64,000 nt of DNA from a virus (IMGVR_UViG_3300035698_011202:8232-72231); one strand, 5' to 3'. Counted from the first letter of the stretch, positions 1 to 10,335 are shown. Program-made: numbers and translations. Notes: generated by a model from the sequence alone, not told the origin.

Positions 1-2904
1 ATTAAAAGTTGTACTGTAACGTTTCTTAAAGTCTACATGAGAGAAACTATTCAATTTTGCAGAGTCACTAGAATAACTAGAAGTAAACGCGTTACCAGTA
101 GTATCTTGATTAAGGCGTGGTAAGTTACTAGCAAAAGAGTTAAGAGTTTGCCATCTCAAGTAGCTATCTGAACCTGTTGAAATTGCAATCCTATCAGCAG
201 TAACAGCAGTCTCGTTAGCAGACATGTTAAAATAATTGCTAAATATGTAACCATTTTGATGTCTAACTACTAATTCGTTACCTGTAAAATCACCAGACCC
301 ATCGTTGGCATGAAAGCCATCTACAGTGTCTGCGTCTAAGCCAGAGTTAGGCCCGTGATTTACATCATCCCATTGCTTACGCCAATTAGACCATGTCGAG
401 TTATATGCTCTTGTGTAAGATTCCCCGTTTACATAGTGTATCGCATGTTGAGCTACTACATTATTATTGTTACCAAAAGTATTTATTGCGTAGTGTTCTG
501 TAGTAGGATTATTAACATGTGGATCAAATCGATAACCCGATGTTTTACGAGTAGCATTAGGATTTGTAAAAGCTCCATTTCCTGCCCAAGCAAAGTCATC
601 AACATCTCTAGTACCTAGCAAACTAGCAGTACTCGCGCTACTTGCTGTTCCTGTCAAGTCGCCTACAAATACAGCGTGTAAAGAGCACAACGTTGTATGG
701 TCCAGACCATCAGCGAAATAAAAGTCACCATCGCTGTGTAATGCTAAACGTCCTTGTTGCCTACTACCCCAATGAAACGCCAAAGCAGGAGCATAAGCCT
801 TAGAAGACTGACTATTACCTACTCCACCAACCTCGCGAATCTCAACAGCTGCACCTTGATATGAACCTGAAATATCAGTAGAGAAGAACTGATTGTTACC
901 CCCGAACACATTATTCTTATCAATGTAAGCACCTTTAGTGACTGTCTCAGCGTTCCCTTCTAAATTTCCTTTAAATACAGCAGCTGTAACCTTCTTAGTA
1001 GATGGATTATAGTGAAAGTCTGATCCAGAATCATACAGTTGAGAGCTGCCGTTGTGCCACATTATGGAGTAATTAATGTTGTTAGTCTTATTCTCTGATA
1101 CTAAGGCTTTGCTTGCTTGACCATCTAAAGCACCTTTGAAGGTTCCTGCTGTTAGCGTATTATTGATGCCCTCGTAAGTCAGGTCGCTGTGACTATAAAT
1201 AGACCCTCCTACGTTTACGGTAACAGGGTATTTGCCGTTAAAGCTTTGTGCTATATAAGCAAGCTTTGTTGCGGTGTTAGCGTTGCCGGTTGTGGCTTGA
1301 TTCCAAGTTGGGACCGTGCCAAAATTTGAGTAATCTAAATAGTGAGAGCCTTCTTCGCCGTTTAATGTAGTTGCCGCACCTGATGCTCCACCGCCTTGTG
1401 TTGCTTGTGAGAGGGTGAAGTCACCTAGTCGGTTATTAGATGGCATAGTTCCTGATACTTTATTCATAGTTAATTTATAAATTAACTTTGAAGCTGAGGC
1501 AGGAATGTTGTTATCTAGGTACTCTAGCTCTACATACGCGCTACCATAGTAAGTGTTGTTATTTGAACTATAAAATTTACCCGTCACATCCACTTGCGCT
1601 AAATAAGAATAGCTAACCCCATCGTCTACCGATCTTGTTAACGTCAGTTTTAATCTTGGGTGATTATTGTAGGAGTTGGGTCCAGAGTAAGAGTTTGAAA
1701 TCTGCCCTGAAACGCTGACTGTCTCTTGATTGCAAGGGTCTATACTCAGTGACCAAACCTCAGTATTATTGGTTGCTGATACCGGAGTGCTAGGATATAC
1801 CTTGGTTCCACCTGTTGAGCCAGCCACTAGAGGCACTAAAGAAGACAGCACTTCAGGGCTAAATACATTGAGGGATGTTATGGTGTTGGGTGCTAATCCT
1901 CCACCCAATTGCAGATACTCCACTTCAACATCATCGACTACTTTTTTAACAAATTTCAGCATGTCTTGACCATCAGAGCCGCGAATATGTATAACCGATT
2001 TGTCTTTTTCTGAGGTAAGCACTATGCTTTGAGTAGCCCCGTTGGTTCCTGACGAAAGCTCAGGAGTACCCACGGTTAAACTACCTGTAGCTGTTATGTT
2101 TTCAGAAAACACTCTATTAGCAAAAACTTGGTCAATGATAGCATCGCCGTTGACTACCAGATTGCCGTCCACGACTTTAGTGGCCCGTATCCAACTGCCG
2201 CTACCATTAAAGTATCTAGTCTCAGCCCAACCAGCGGCCATAAACAGAGTGACTTCATCCAAAAGAACGCTGTCATTAGGGGTCGCTAACTCTGCCTCAG
2301 CGTTGCTCCAATTTTGGCTGGTAACTAATCTATTATAGACCCCTGCGCCTCGGCTACCGTCAAAGTAATCCACGTCTTTGATGGGGGAGTATCCCGCTAA
2401 AGCGAAACCGATGTTGGTAATGCTTCCGTTGAGGTTATGTATAGAGCAATCCCATCGGTAATTACCTGATGGTTTTATACGTGATTCATAAAACTCCACT
2501 CCGTTCTTGCAGTAGTAGACTCTTATCCCGTTGTTCACAACTGAAAATACGTCGGTGGGTAAACTGGTGTTATTAGCACCTTTACTAGTCCCGCTCTCGT
2601 ATATTACAACTTTTGCGGTGTCATCAACATATATCGCAAAGTCGATAGTGGTGTAACTGGCAGTAGCTACATTATTACTTTGTTTGGAAAGTCCTACCAT
2701 CGATCTAGTGCCCAAAGAACCTGACGCAACACACGTTGAGTAAGACTCTCTTGAGTAAGCGCCTGCGTTCCAAGAGTTTCCACCACTGGTCTTAGTTACA
2801 CTAGCAGCCGATACAACCGTATTGTCGCTGTTGACTAAGTTAAAAACCGAGGCTCCGTCAATAATATCTGATATAGTTGCGGTTCCTACCGCTGTGCGTG
2901 GCAT
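1..2904 (-). CDS. Tail fibre / receptor-binding protein, 3' end runs off the window (not in the ORF track)
   Basis: ATG at 2904 overlaps the upstream TAA (TAATG) and begins MPRTAVGTATISDIIDG. The same frame reads WSNWRKQWDDVNHGPNSGLDADTVDGFH near 310-393, a typical fibre motif, and is still open at position 1 (spot-checked). Confidence 0.85.
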   Translation of the reverse strand, partial: MPRTAVGTATISDIIDGASVFNLVNSDNTVVSAASVTKTSGGNSWNAGAYSRESYSTCVASGSLGTRSMVGLSKQSNNVATASYTTIDFAIYVDDTAKVVIYESGTSKGANNTSLPTDVFSVVNNGIRVYYCKNGVEFYESRIKPSGNYRWDCSIHNLNGSITNIGFALAGYSPIKDVDYFDGSRGAGVYNRLVTSQNWSNAEAELATPNDSVLLDEVTLFMAAGWAETRYFNGSGSWIRATKVVDGNLVVNGDAIIDQVFANRVFSENITATGSLTVGTPELSSGTNGATQSIVLTSEKDKSVIHIRGSDGQDMLKFVKKVVDDVEVEYLQLGGGLAPNTITSLNVFSPEVLSSLVPLVAGSTGGTKVYPSTPVSATNNTEVWSLSIDPCNQETVSVSGQISNSYSGPNSYNNHPRLKLTLTRSVDDGVSYSYLAQVDVTGKFYSSNNNTYYGSAYVELEYLDNNIPASASKLIYKLTMNKVSGTMPSNNRLGDFTLSQATQGGGASGAATTLNGEEGSHYLDYSNFGTVPTWNQATTGNANTATKLAYIAQSFNGKYPVTVNVGGSIYSHSDLTYEGINNTLTAGTFKGALDGQASKALVSENKTNNINYSIMWHNGSSQLYDSGSDFHYNPSTKKVTAAVFKGNLEGNAETVTKGAYIDKNNVFGGNNQFFSTDISGSYQGAAVEIREVGGVGNSQSSKAYAPALAFHWGSRQQGRLALHSDGDFYFADGLDHTTLCSLHAVFVGDLTGTASSASTASLLGTRDVDDFAWAGNGAFTNPNATRKTSGYRFDPHVNNPTTEHYAINTFGNNNNVVAQHAIHYVNGESYTRAYNSTWSNWRKQWDDVNHGPNSGLDADTVDGFHANDGSGDFTGNELVVRHQNGYIFSNYFNMSANETAVTADRIAISTGSDSYLRWQTLNSFASNLPRLNQDTTGNAFTSSYSSDSAKLNSFSHVDFKKRYSTTFN

Positions 2905-3938
2905 TAGGCGACCGAAACAGAACAGCTGTACTGCTCTGAACTACCATTATCTATATCGCCAAACGTCACCACTAAATTTTTACTATTCGTACCCACTGTT
3001 ATTCCGTTTCTAGCCCATAAGTAGGTAACGCCTGATGTAATTTCAGAGCCATCTTTATTGTCATAGACTTTAGCGGTTAACGTCTTTGCGGGACCAGTGT
3101 TATTTCTAAACTCAAAACCGTTAACACTTGAGGTAATAATAACCAGTAATGAAGCCGCGCCGGTATTACCATTTTGGATTCTAACAATGCTGATAATATC
3201 TACAGCATCACCCCCACCTACCACTTTAATTGCCATGGTTTCGGCGTTACCAAAGTTCGCGGCTGAAATAACAATTAAGTCGTTACCAGCAAGACCATCT
3301 ATATCTATAGATTTTGCTTGATTAGCAGCATTTCCCACCGAAAGGGCTGAAAAACTACCTCCGTTTTTACTAACAAAGGCTTGCATGTCATTCACTGTGC
3401 CTTGGATAACTACAGGTATCTTGATGTCGTTAGTAGCACTGGTGTCAGTGGTGCCTGCTTCGGTAAACTTAAAGCTTTGGCGGCTAGGGACCAAACTAAT
3501 AATTGCACCACCGGCACCTATAACAGCCTTAGATAAAGAAATGACTGCCGTAACCAACGTGGCATTACCCGCGCCATTGGTAACAGTAATAGCTACATCT
3601 ACTAAACCTGTTTTATCCGCAGTGTTTAATCCTGAAGGACAGGTAGATACCTTTACCACTTTTTGACCCGCAACTGTTTCAGTAGTCACAGCCCATGTGC
3701 CTGAAGGAGTAAGTGCCACATTATAAGTGCTGTTGGCACCCGTACTGCCAAAAGGTATTCTGTTTGCGCCTAAGTAAACGAACAACTCACATCTAAATAA
3801 ATTCTTTTCTGCATCGGTTACAACACCGGTGGAGCTTGCCGCAAAGGAATGTGACTGGTTTCCAAGTACAACGGAGATGGGGTTAAAACCATCATTAATG
3901 TCGGATATTGTAATTGCGCCTATACTAGTTCTTGCCAT
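2904..3938 (-). CDS. Tail accessory protein, beta-rich and probably Ig-like
   Basis: 344 aa, rich in G/T/S/V, located between the tail tip and fibre genes. Confidence 0.7.
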   Translation of the reverse strand: MARTSIGAITISDINDGFNPISVVLGNQSHSFAASSTGVVTDAEKNLFRCELFVYLGANRIPFGSTGANSTYNVALTPSGTWAVTTETVAGQKVVKVSTCPSGLNTADKTGLVDVAITVTNGAGNATLVTAVISLSKAVIGAGGAIISLVPSRQSFKFTEAGTTDTSATNDIKIPVVIQGTVNDMQAFVSKNGGSFSALSVGNAANQAKSIDIDGLAGNDLIVISAANFGNAETMAIKVVGGGDAVDIISIVRIQNGNTGAASLLVIITSSVNGFEFRNNTGPAKTLTAKVYDNKDGSEITSGVTYLWARNGITVGTNSKNLVVTFGDIDNGSSEQYSCSVSVA

Positions 3939-3956
3939 GATTGTGAAGCTCCGGTG

Positions 3957-6900
3957 TTATATGTTGGTTACAGTGCATGTGAGGTTTAAATCCGCGCCAT
4001 TAGCTACGTCAGTAAAGTCCACTTTTATAGTCTTAAAATTTAGCCCTTGTGGGTCTTCACCATCAGCCGCAAAAAGATTAGTTGAGGGGGATAGGGACAC
4101 GTAATCTCCACTGGTTGTGACGTAAACTACTCGCCCTTCATTAGTCCATTTATACTTATATTCACTGGTGTCATAAGCGGCTACACCGTTAATAAATATA
4201 TTTGCCGTAATACTTTTTAACGCACCTGTGTTGTTTCTAAAGTAGTTTCCGTTGTCACTTAGAAGCACCATTTGAATAGTCTCGCCCTCAGTTAAAGGCA
4301 ACCACGTATAGATGCTGGCATCCGTAATGATGGCTTGTGCCGTCGTATGTCCTGAACTCAATCCTTGCCAGGTTAACTCGCCAGCGGAAGTACTAATATT
4401 TGTACCCACGGCATCCTCGGCATACGCGGTCCATGTATATAATATTTGTTCTGTGCCAAGGGCTGAGGTGAGCCTCCATGTGGTATTGCGGTTGTTATCT
4501 GTAACCAGTCGATACCAGACATGGTAAATTTGGTCTTTGATAACATTGCCAAAGGACAAACTAGTGTTTGAACCTACAGGTTTCGCAATTTCAAAATTAT
4601 CAGACGTGCTGGTTTTAAATTCATAAGTATCAAATTTAGATTCAACTACAGGGGGAGTGACCGTGATGGTGCCATTGCTCGATGTTGTGTTAGGTGCAAC
4701 ATCTGAGGTATCTTTTTGCAATACAACCAAGGTTTGAGTAAATATTTTTCCATACCCTAAGTCTGAGCTAACAGGCTGAATAGTGAATGTGTACGTACCC
4801 GCTGAAAGCGTTTCAAGTGTAACTTCAGCACTGGTAAGGGTTTGCTTCTTTAGAATGTTTCCGGTGAGGGTGAGTAACGTAAATTCGTAGTTAGCTGAAT
4901 CATCCGTCCACGTAATTAAATACTTTCCAAACGCACTGGTTTGTTCAGTGACTACAACGTTCGTAATTAAAGCCTGCACTGCCTCAATCGTTAAGATGTG
5001 GTCGTTTACCGCAAGGGCAGGGTAACGCTCATCAAAGAAATCGTGAAACGCTACACGTACAATTAACTTGCTAGGTAGAAATACTTGTTGTGACGCTTCT
5101 TTGAACTGACTCGCGGTTAAGATTAAGTTGGGTTGAGTTTGAACAGTATTAAATAAAAACGTGTTGTTGCCATCAGAATCATCAAAGATTGAAAAAGTTA
5201 CACTAGATAAATAGCCACCTGTTAATAGGGCTACAGGGAGGCTAGTGACTGACCCCACAACATAGTTAATATCTGCGTAGGCTTTTAATATTCCATTCTT
5301 GAAGCTGCCATACATAAGAGGCAATGCGTTCTCTTCAATTAGGTCAGCCGCCGTGACTCTTCCTAATTCGTAGGTTAGCGAAGTTACCGCGCTTTTAGTG
5401 CCTGACCGCTCAGCGGTGACTCTAAATTCGTACTCTGCAAACTGTAACCCTTTTATCTCAGTAAAATTTTCTGCAGTATTAACAACTCGACCTATCGACG
5501 TACCATTGCTAAAGACTTCTACGCGGTAAGATGTGCCAAACTGACGGTCTTCTTGCTCGTCCCATGAAATCCACGCGCTAACTTGAGTGCCTTGCAAGGT
5601 ATCTACAATAGACTCGTTAACCACAACTAAATTGGTGACTCTCTTTAATGGCGCTAGGAGCTGGAATGAGTACTGAGGTTGAGTAGCTTGCTTGAGTAAA
5701 TCAGCTTCAGTGTGCTTTTCAGAATTAAACTCCACCGCTGAAATAGAAAATAATTCTAGGCCAGTATCATCAGTTGGCTCAATCGATGTGATCCTATAAA
5801 GTTTTGGAAAGCCTATTTGCTTATCAGACCTTGCTCGGTTTCCAATATGCACTACCGGATAATCACCAAGACTACTCGCCGCAGGATAAGGACGACTTAA
5901 CGTAAACTTGCGAAGAGGCAGCCCGACTTCAGTATCTTTTATGGTAATAGTAGCGTCAAAATCTTCCGTAAGTCCTTGCAACGTAAGGCTGTATAAACCG
6001 GATTCAGCAAAGTAAATTGGATCTCTTACCGTCAGCGAAAACGTATCGTTAGATACCACGCGGCCCGACACACCATGTCCCATCACAGGGTCTACTATCG
6101 CTACCACGTCATAAACTTGGAACTGCACACCCGATAAGGGCATGACAAAGTTAATCGATTCAGTTTCAGTTTGCCCAGCAACTAAAAATACCAGCGCCTT
6201 ACGCTCAGCTTCCCACGCATTCGTAGTGCCTAACGACACAAACTCCGTGACATTTAAACCATGACGGTCAATGGCATCTTGGTTTCTTATCTCAGGTAAT
6301 TGCTGCGTCGCATACTCACTGTCTTTATCGATAAAGCTCGTAGATACAGCGTTAATCCGCGCCGACGTACTAGAATAAGAATAACTAAACGGAGACTCAG
6401 AGCTAGTTGATACTGCCATTTCTGCCGTAATAAAGGCCACTGGCACCGTGGGCATGTCGGTGAGTATTTCTATTTCACCATCATCGTTTTCTAAAATTAC
6501 CGAAAACGTAGTGGCTAGAATTTTATTAATGAACTCCATGCCACTCATCCGGTCACTTAATACCGCGTTAAACGTGTATCGAGCTACGCCGGTTTCTGAT
6601 GTATTCGGATTTTGTAAGTCTTTTGCGTTACTGAAAGCGTTATAACCATCTGCGTATTTAGCTTTGTCATAAACTGAATACTTGTTTACTTTCACATTAG
6701 GGTTGTAAGAGATAACACCAAACACTTCGTTAAGTATTAGCTCATTGACTATCCAAAAAGGGTTGTCGGTAGGGAATCGCTCAGGAGCGTACAGGCCATC
6801 CCACGCCGAGCTTTCGTCATAGGTCTTAGTACGTGGGTTGTAATTAGATGGAACGCGGCACAACAAGCCCCTGTAGTCAGCATTCATCGTAGGTAGACCG

Positions 6901-7697
6901 TCAATCTGGTCACCAATCACACCTACCACATGCAACATCGCTGTACTTGGGTGATACTCGAAGCTAGGGGTGTCGTATTTTTTATCTGAAGCCCCATAGC
7001 TGCTCAACTTACGTGTAACCAGCTCGTACCCACGCCAAATTATCGTATCAAAGATGTCTTCATCATCACTGTTAGTGTTTTTAGTCAGCGTAATTTCGTA
7101 CTGGTCACCCGTATTTGAACGCACAGGTAACTCAAACTTTAGGCTTCGGGCAAAACCACTTTGAGGGGTTTTACCTTTTATCCTAATCGCTTTAGTTTCA
7201 GAGTAACCACCACCAATTTTTGACAGCACCACCGTCAAAGTAACTTCGTGCTCTTTCACGCCGTCTTTTGAGTTGCGGTAAAGTGCTTGTGCAACTACCT
7301 GAACGTCAAGCTGGTCCCAACCATCAGGAATACTAGGCGTGGTTTTACTAATGGGCGCACCATGAACAACTTCCTGACCTACCGTTTGATTTGAGGCGGT
7401 GCCGTCAAACAAATATCTAATCGGCGTTTGACCGTCTTCACTCTCAGCAGCGGTTAACGGAGTGCCTGATTCAAAACGAATGAGTAGTTCACTTTCCTCA
7501 AAGTTAGGTTTGCCTTGGCTGTCAAAAATAGGTGTGTCATCAAGGTAGATGTGGTTTAGCTTTTCTTCCGCAGATTCACCCACAATGCCACCAATCTGTC
7601 CTTGAGCAATACCCATCACAAACTCGAAAGCGTCTGTAGAAAACAGATTGCTTCTAGCATTGCTTGGGCCGCCGCCTCCGCTGCCTTTAAATCTCAT
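3957..7697 (-). CDS. Central tail tip / host specificity protein (lambda gpJ-like)
   Basis: ~1246 aa. N-terminal GSGGGG, VPSNYNP and TDNPFWI motifs, FN3-like segments, and position after I/K/L/M-like genes. Confidence 0.85.
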   Translation of the reverse strand: MRFKGSGGGGPSNARSNLFSTDAFEFVMGIAQGQIGGIVGESAEEKLNHIYLDDTPIFDSQGKPNFEESELLIRFESGTPLTAAESEDGQTPIRYLFDGTASNQTVGQEVVHGAPISKTTPSIPDGWDQLDVQVVAQALYRNSKDGVKEHEVTLTVVLSKIGGGYSETKAIRIKGKTPQSGFARSLKFELPVRSNTGDQYEITLTKNTNSDDEDIFDTIIWRGYELVTRKLSSYGASDKKYDTPSFEYHPSTAMLHVVGVIGDQIDGLPTMNADYRGLLCRVPSNYNPRTKTYDESSAWDGLYAPERFPTDNPFWIVNELILNEVFGVISYNPNVKVNKYSVYDKAKYADGYNAFSNAKDLQNPNTSETGVARYTFNAVLSDRMSGMEFINKILATTFSVILENDDGEIEILTDMPTVPVAFITAEMAVSTSSESPFSYSYSSTSARINAVSTSFIDKDSEYATQQLPEIRNQDAIDRHGLNVTEFVSLGTTNAWEAERKALVFLVAGQTETESINFVMPLSGVQFQVYDVVAIVDPVMGHGVSGRVVSNDTFSLTVRDPIYFAESGLYSLTLQGLTEDFDATITIKDTEVGLPLRKFTLSRPYPAASSLGDYPVVHIGNRARSDKQIGFPKLYRITSIEPTDDTGLELFSISAVEFNSEKHTEADLLKQATQPQYSFQLLAPLKRVTNLVVVNESIVDTLQGTQVSAWISWDEQEDRQFGTSYRVEVFSNGTSIGRVVNTAENFTEIKGLQFAEYEFRVTAERSGTKSAVTSLTYELGRVTAADLIEENALPLMYGSFKNGILKAYADINYVVGSVTSLPVALLTGGYLSSVTFSIFDDSDGNNTFLFNTVQTQPNLILTASQFKEASQQVFLPSKLIVRVAFHDFFDERYPALAVNDHILTIEAVQALITNVVVTEQTSAFGKYLITWTDDSANYEFTLLTLTGNILKKQTLTSAEVTLETLSAGTYTFTIQPVSSDLGYGKIFTQTLVVLQKDTSDVAPNTTSSNGTITVTPPVVESKFDTYEFKTSTSDNFEIAKPVGSNTSLSFGNVIKDQIYHVWYRLVTDNNRNTTWRLTSALGTEQILYTWTAYAEDAVGTNISTSAGELTWQGLSSGHTTAQAIITDASIYTWLPLTEGETIQMVLLSDNGNYFRNNTGALKSITANIFINGVAAYDTSEYKYKWTNEGRVVYVTTSGDYVSLSPSTNLFAADGEDPQGLNFKTIKVDFTDVANGADLNLTCTVTNI

Positions 7698-7724
7698 CGT
7701 CAATCCTCATTGTATTTTTACAGC

Positions 7725-8471
7725 CTAGCGGGTAAAAGCGCCGTTCTTAGACTTGCCGCCTAGATAATAATTGTACTCAATATCAAAGTAACTCAATTCC
7801 TCAGCGTTGTGATACAAAGTGTTCCATGAATCCCAGCCTACATCCTGCTCCCATAAGTTCAAAGCGAAGCTGCTTAGCCCTGAATCTCTACCTTTCAACG
7901 ACTCGATGTTGACACTGAACAAGTGACCTCCCCATCTATGCGTCCCAAAAATCATCGGTATCACTGTGCCAGATTGTATGGTGTTGGGGTAACGCCTTGA
8001 TACGCGACTATCTTTGTCTTTTTCTTTCTCCAAAGGGTCTTGTAGCTTTTCAATAATCCCGCCAACCACTAGACCAATACCCATGGAAAAAGCCGCACTC
8101 ATAAACATCTGGCCCGCTGTCAGTATCTCGCCCGCTATAATTGCGTTACCTGTCGTAGCAAAAAAGACCACAGCTACAATTATTAGAATAATCCCGACTA
8201 TAATTCTGGCGTTGGCGTTACCCGCACCCGCCATAGTCATAGGGTTGGTCTTCTTTTTGTAACGCAGCGTCATGGTGGCATCACCGACATGCTTTACTAA
8301 ATCACGCGAGTCTTGGACTTCATCAATCACGCACTCGTAACGGTCCATTACTTTTCGAGGGTCAAAGTCAGGGTGAGTTTTCAGTGCTTCAAGAGCTTGC
8401 TTATACGTAGTCACATCAAAAGATAATTTCTTAGGCTTGCCTTTGAAGCCTACTAACTTAATGGTTACCAT
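7725..8471 (-). CDS. Tail assembly protein (lambda gpI-like)
   Basis: AGAG followed by a hydrophobic segment, then NTIQSGTVIPMIFG. Synteny supports the call. Confidence 0.75.
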   Translation of the reverse strand: MVTIKLVGFKGKPKKLSFDVTTYKQALEALKTHPDFDPRKVMDRYECVIDEVQDSRDLVKHVGDATMTLRYKKKTNPMTMAGAGNANARIIVGIILIIVAVVFFATTGNAIIAGEILTAGQMFMSAAFSMGIGLVVGGIIEKLQDPLEKEKDKDSRVSRRYPNTIQSGTVIPMIFGTHRWGGHLFSVNIESLKGRDSGLSSFALNLWEQDVGWDSWNTLYHNAEELSYFDIEYNYYLGGKSKNGAFTR

Positions 8472-8811
8472 AATGTGTCACCCCTCGATAAACGCTATGT
8501 CCTTCCACGTAATAGTTCGTCACTTCGTCTTTAGAAATAATAATATGTTGCCACTCAGGAACTTGTGAAAATAACTCATAGTCAGACTGACTTAAATTAG
8601 CTGTGCCTCTAGGGTGGCTATGCCATGACGCTGCAATCCTGTCTTCGTATTTATCAATATCATCATACGAAATTTCAAAATTGTCTTCAGGGTCATCGGC
8701 TATATTTTCGACTTCTACGATTTCTCCGCTGGTCAGCACGAAACCACAGCGTTCAATCTTATCGTTCCAGTAAGAACGCCATGCTAGGTCAATAGGGTTT
8801 ATTGAAGCCAT
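8458..8811 (-). CDS. JAB/MPN-domain tail protein (gpK N-terminal-like)
   Basis: ERCG and WHSHPxxxxxxSxxD JAMM motif. Confidence 0.85.
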   Translation of the reverse strand: MASINPIDLAWRSYWNDKIERCGFVLTSGEIVEVENIADDPEDNFEISYDDIDKYEDRIAASWHSHPRGTANLSQSDYELFSQVPEWQHIIISKDEVTNYYVEGHSVYRGVTHYGNH

Positions 8812-9275
8812 TACTTTCTCCTGAAACGCATTTGAGGTGAACGCTTATCTAACACATCCACTATTCCGTCAATACTGCTTAGGCCATCTACAGCTGGGTG
8901 ACGCAGTACTGTCGTCACGCGTAACCGCCAGCGGTGGTCATATTCACTAAGCTCAGAAGGCTTCCCGTACATATGGTGCAGTATCTTGTTGCGGCCCACG
9001 TAGATTCCAATGTGGTTGTCCACAGGCGATTTAAGCAAGTTCATGACCAGTACGTCACCCTTTTGCACCTTGTTAGGGTTGTTGCCTGTGTCAAAGAAAC
9101 CCTCTTGATTAAACAAGTTGTGAAGCAAGTTAAGCTGAGGATTTAAAGACCAAGCATTAGGACGAGCGTGATTTTTTAATTGTAATGAATACTCGTTTTT
9201 ATAGAACTGCTGCACAAGGGTATAGCAATCTTGAGTACCCAATGAATAGGGTAGGTTTAAGTAGTCAATGTACAT
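8811..9275 (-). CDS. NlpC/P60 tail protein (gpK C-terminal-like)
   Basis: DCY, GDVL, HIGIYVG and ILHH motifs. Confidence 0.85.
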   Translation of the reverse strand: MYIDYLNLPYSLGTQDCYTLVQQFYKNEYSLQLKNHARPNAWSLNPQLNLLHNLFNQEGFFDTGNNPNKVQKGDVLVMNLLKSPVDNHIGIYVGRNKILHHMYGKPSELSEYDHRWRLRVTTVLRHPAVDGLSSIDGIVDVLDKRSPQMRFRRK

Positions 9276-9276
9276 A

Positions 9277-9765
9277 TTAGACTCTCACCGATGAAAACTC
9301 AGGCTGCGCGTATCGACGAGGTGGGAAAACAATTTGGTTTCCGTCACTCGGCATTCTTAGCTCAGCCGTTATCATATGCTCTGTAATATTCGTTACATGC
9401 GACACAATAAAGACTCGTCGAGTATAGGTGCCCAACGATAGTTCTTGAGGTAGCACTCGGTACTCAACAACATCTGCGCCTTCTAGGATACGTCTTGACA
9501 CGTAGTAGGATAGGGCACCATCTTGGTTAGGTAAGTTAAGTTTAGGGCGAGATACTTCACCTGAACTGTTTTGCTGAAAACCAGCAATAAGAAAAGGATT
9601 ACTTGTCCACGTTTCACCTAGCCACGTTATAGTTGGACCATCGGTAAGGCGAAAATGAATAGGCGTAGAATCTAAGTCTAGGATTTTTATATATAGGAAT
9701 TTTATACGTTCAGAGGACGTAAGAGATTTAATCTCAGTGGTTAAACTGGGCGAAAGTGTTTTCAT
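9277..9765 (-). CDS. Minor tail protein (gpL-like)
   Basis: GFQQNSSGEVSRPKL and LEGADV motifs plus synteny. Start placed at the ATG of the TTGACGATG motif. Confidence 0.75.
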   Translation of the reverse strand: MKTLSPSLTTEIKSLTSSERIKFLYIKILDLDSTPIHFRLTDGPTITWLGETWTSNPFLIAGFQQNSSGEVSRPKLNLPNQDGALSYYVSRRILEGADVVEYRVLPQELSLGTYTRRVFIVSHVTNITEHMITAELRMPSDGNQIVFPPRRYAQPEFSSVRV

Positions 9766-9811
9766 CGTCAACTCCAAATTTTATGCTTGGAGTTTAATAC
9801 AAAGCGCAGAC

Positions 9812-9838
9812 AAAAAAAACCCCGCACTAGGCAGGGTT
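9812..9838 (-). terminator. Intrinsic terminator closing the candidate sRNA
   Basis: 8-bp GC-rich stem, 5-nt loop, run of 8 T on the minus strand. Confidence 0.85.
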
Positions 9839-9890
9839 GATACTAAATTGACGATGAGAAATGGCATCTGGCGACGCCATCAAACGAGAT
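9812..9890 (-). ncRNA. Candidate small regulatory RNA antisense to the shared translation-start motif
   Basis: Minus strand reads hairpin AUGGCGUC-GCCA-GAUGCCAU (9880-9861), single-stranded UUCUCAUCGUCAAUUUAGUAUC (9860-9839), then terminator AACCCUGC-CUAGU-GCGGGGUU with U-tail. Both stems contain a G-U pair that only works on this strand. 5' end is approximate. Confidence 0.7.
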
Positions 9891-9892
9891 AA

Positions 9893-9920
9893 ATATTATC
9901 ATAATGATAACGTGCGTCAA
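9893..9920 (-). promoter_or_regulatory. Sigma70-like promoter for the candidate sRNA
   Basis: TTGACG (9920-9915), 16-bp spacer, TAATAT (9898-9893) preceded by TGn (extended -10). Confidence 0.6.
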
Positions 9921-9945
9921 CAGGTTTATTCTGTACATGAATATT

Positions 9946-10335
9946 TTATGAGACTGATACCTGTTTCAGAGACACCTGTATGCCCGTGTGTACACCATCA
10001 GCCCCTGTCAAGCCTTCAGGGATAACAAGCGGCTGCATAAATTTGACAACTACACTGCCATATCTCTCATGTTCAAACAAAAAGGAATCATGCAGCTCAT
10101 GAGCAAGATAGAAGTCTTCTAGTGCTTGTAACGAATATCTTTTCTGAAACGCAGTTAATACTTTAGTGGGTTCAAAAAACTTCATTCCTGCAAACGTTAA
10201 CGTAAACTTTTTTGCAACCGGCGTGTGAGACTTAACCGTATAATCCCAATTATTTCCTAGCGTTACCGCCTTACCCCTTGCGGGGTACTCGACAGATACT
10301 TTGTGCATTGGAAAGTTGAATACTTGTAGTGCCAT
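9946..10335 (-). CDS. Distal tail protein (gpM-like)
   Basis: 129 aa directly after the tape measure gene, with an LEDFYLAH...FLF pattern. Confidence 0.7.
   Translation of the reverse strand: MALQVFNFPMHKVSVEYPARGKAVTLGNNWDYTVKSHTPVAKKFTLTFAGMKFFEPTKVLTAFQKRYSLQALEDFYLAHELHDSFLFEHERYGSVVVKFMQPLVIPEGLTGADGVHTGIQVSLKQVSVS

Noticed and set aside
1-2904. Diversity-generating retroelement acting on the tail fibre
   Set aside because: No reverse transcriptase or template/variable repeat pair is visible in the window.
9854-9892. Plus-strand 12-aa peptide MRNGIWRRHQTR starting at the motif copy
   Set aside because: It lacks the GGA RBS seen at real starts. Promoter, G-U pairs and U-tail all indicate a minus-strand RNA. 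Not fully excluded.
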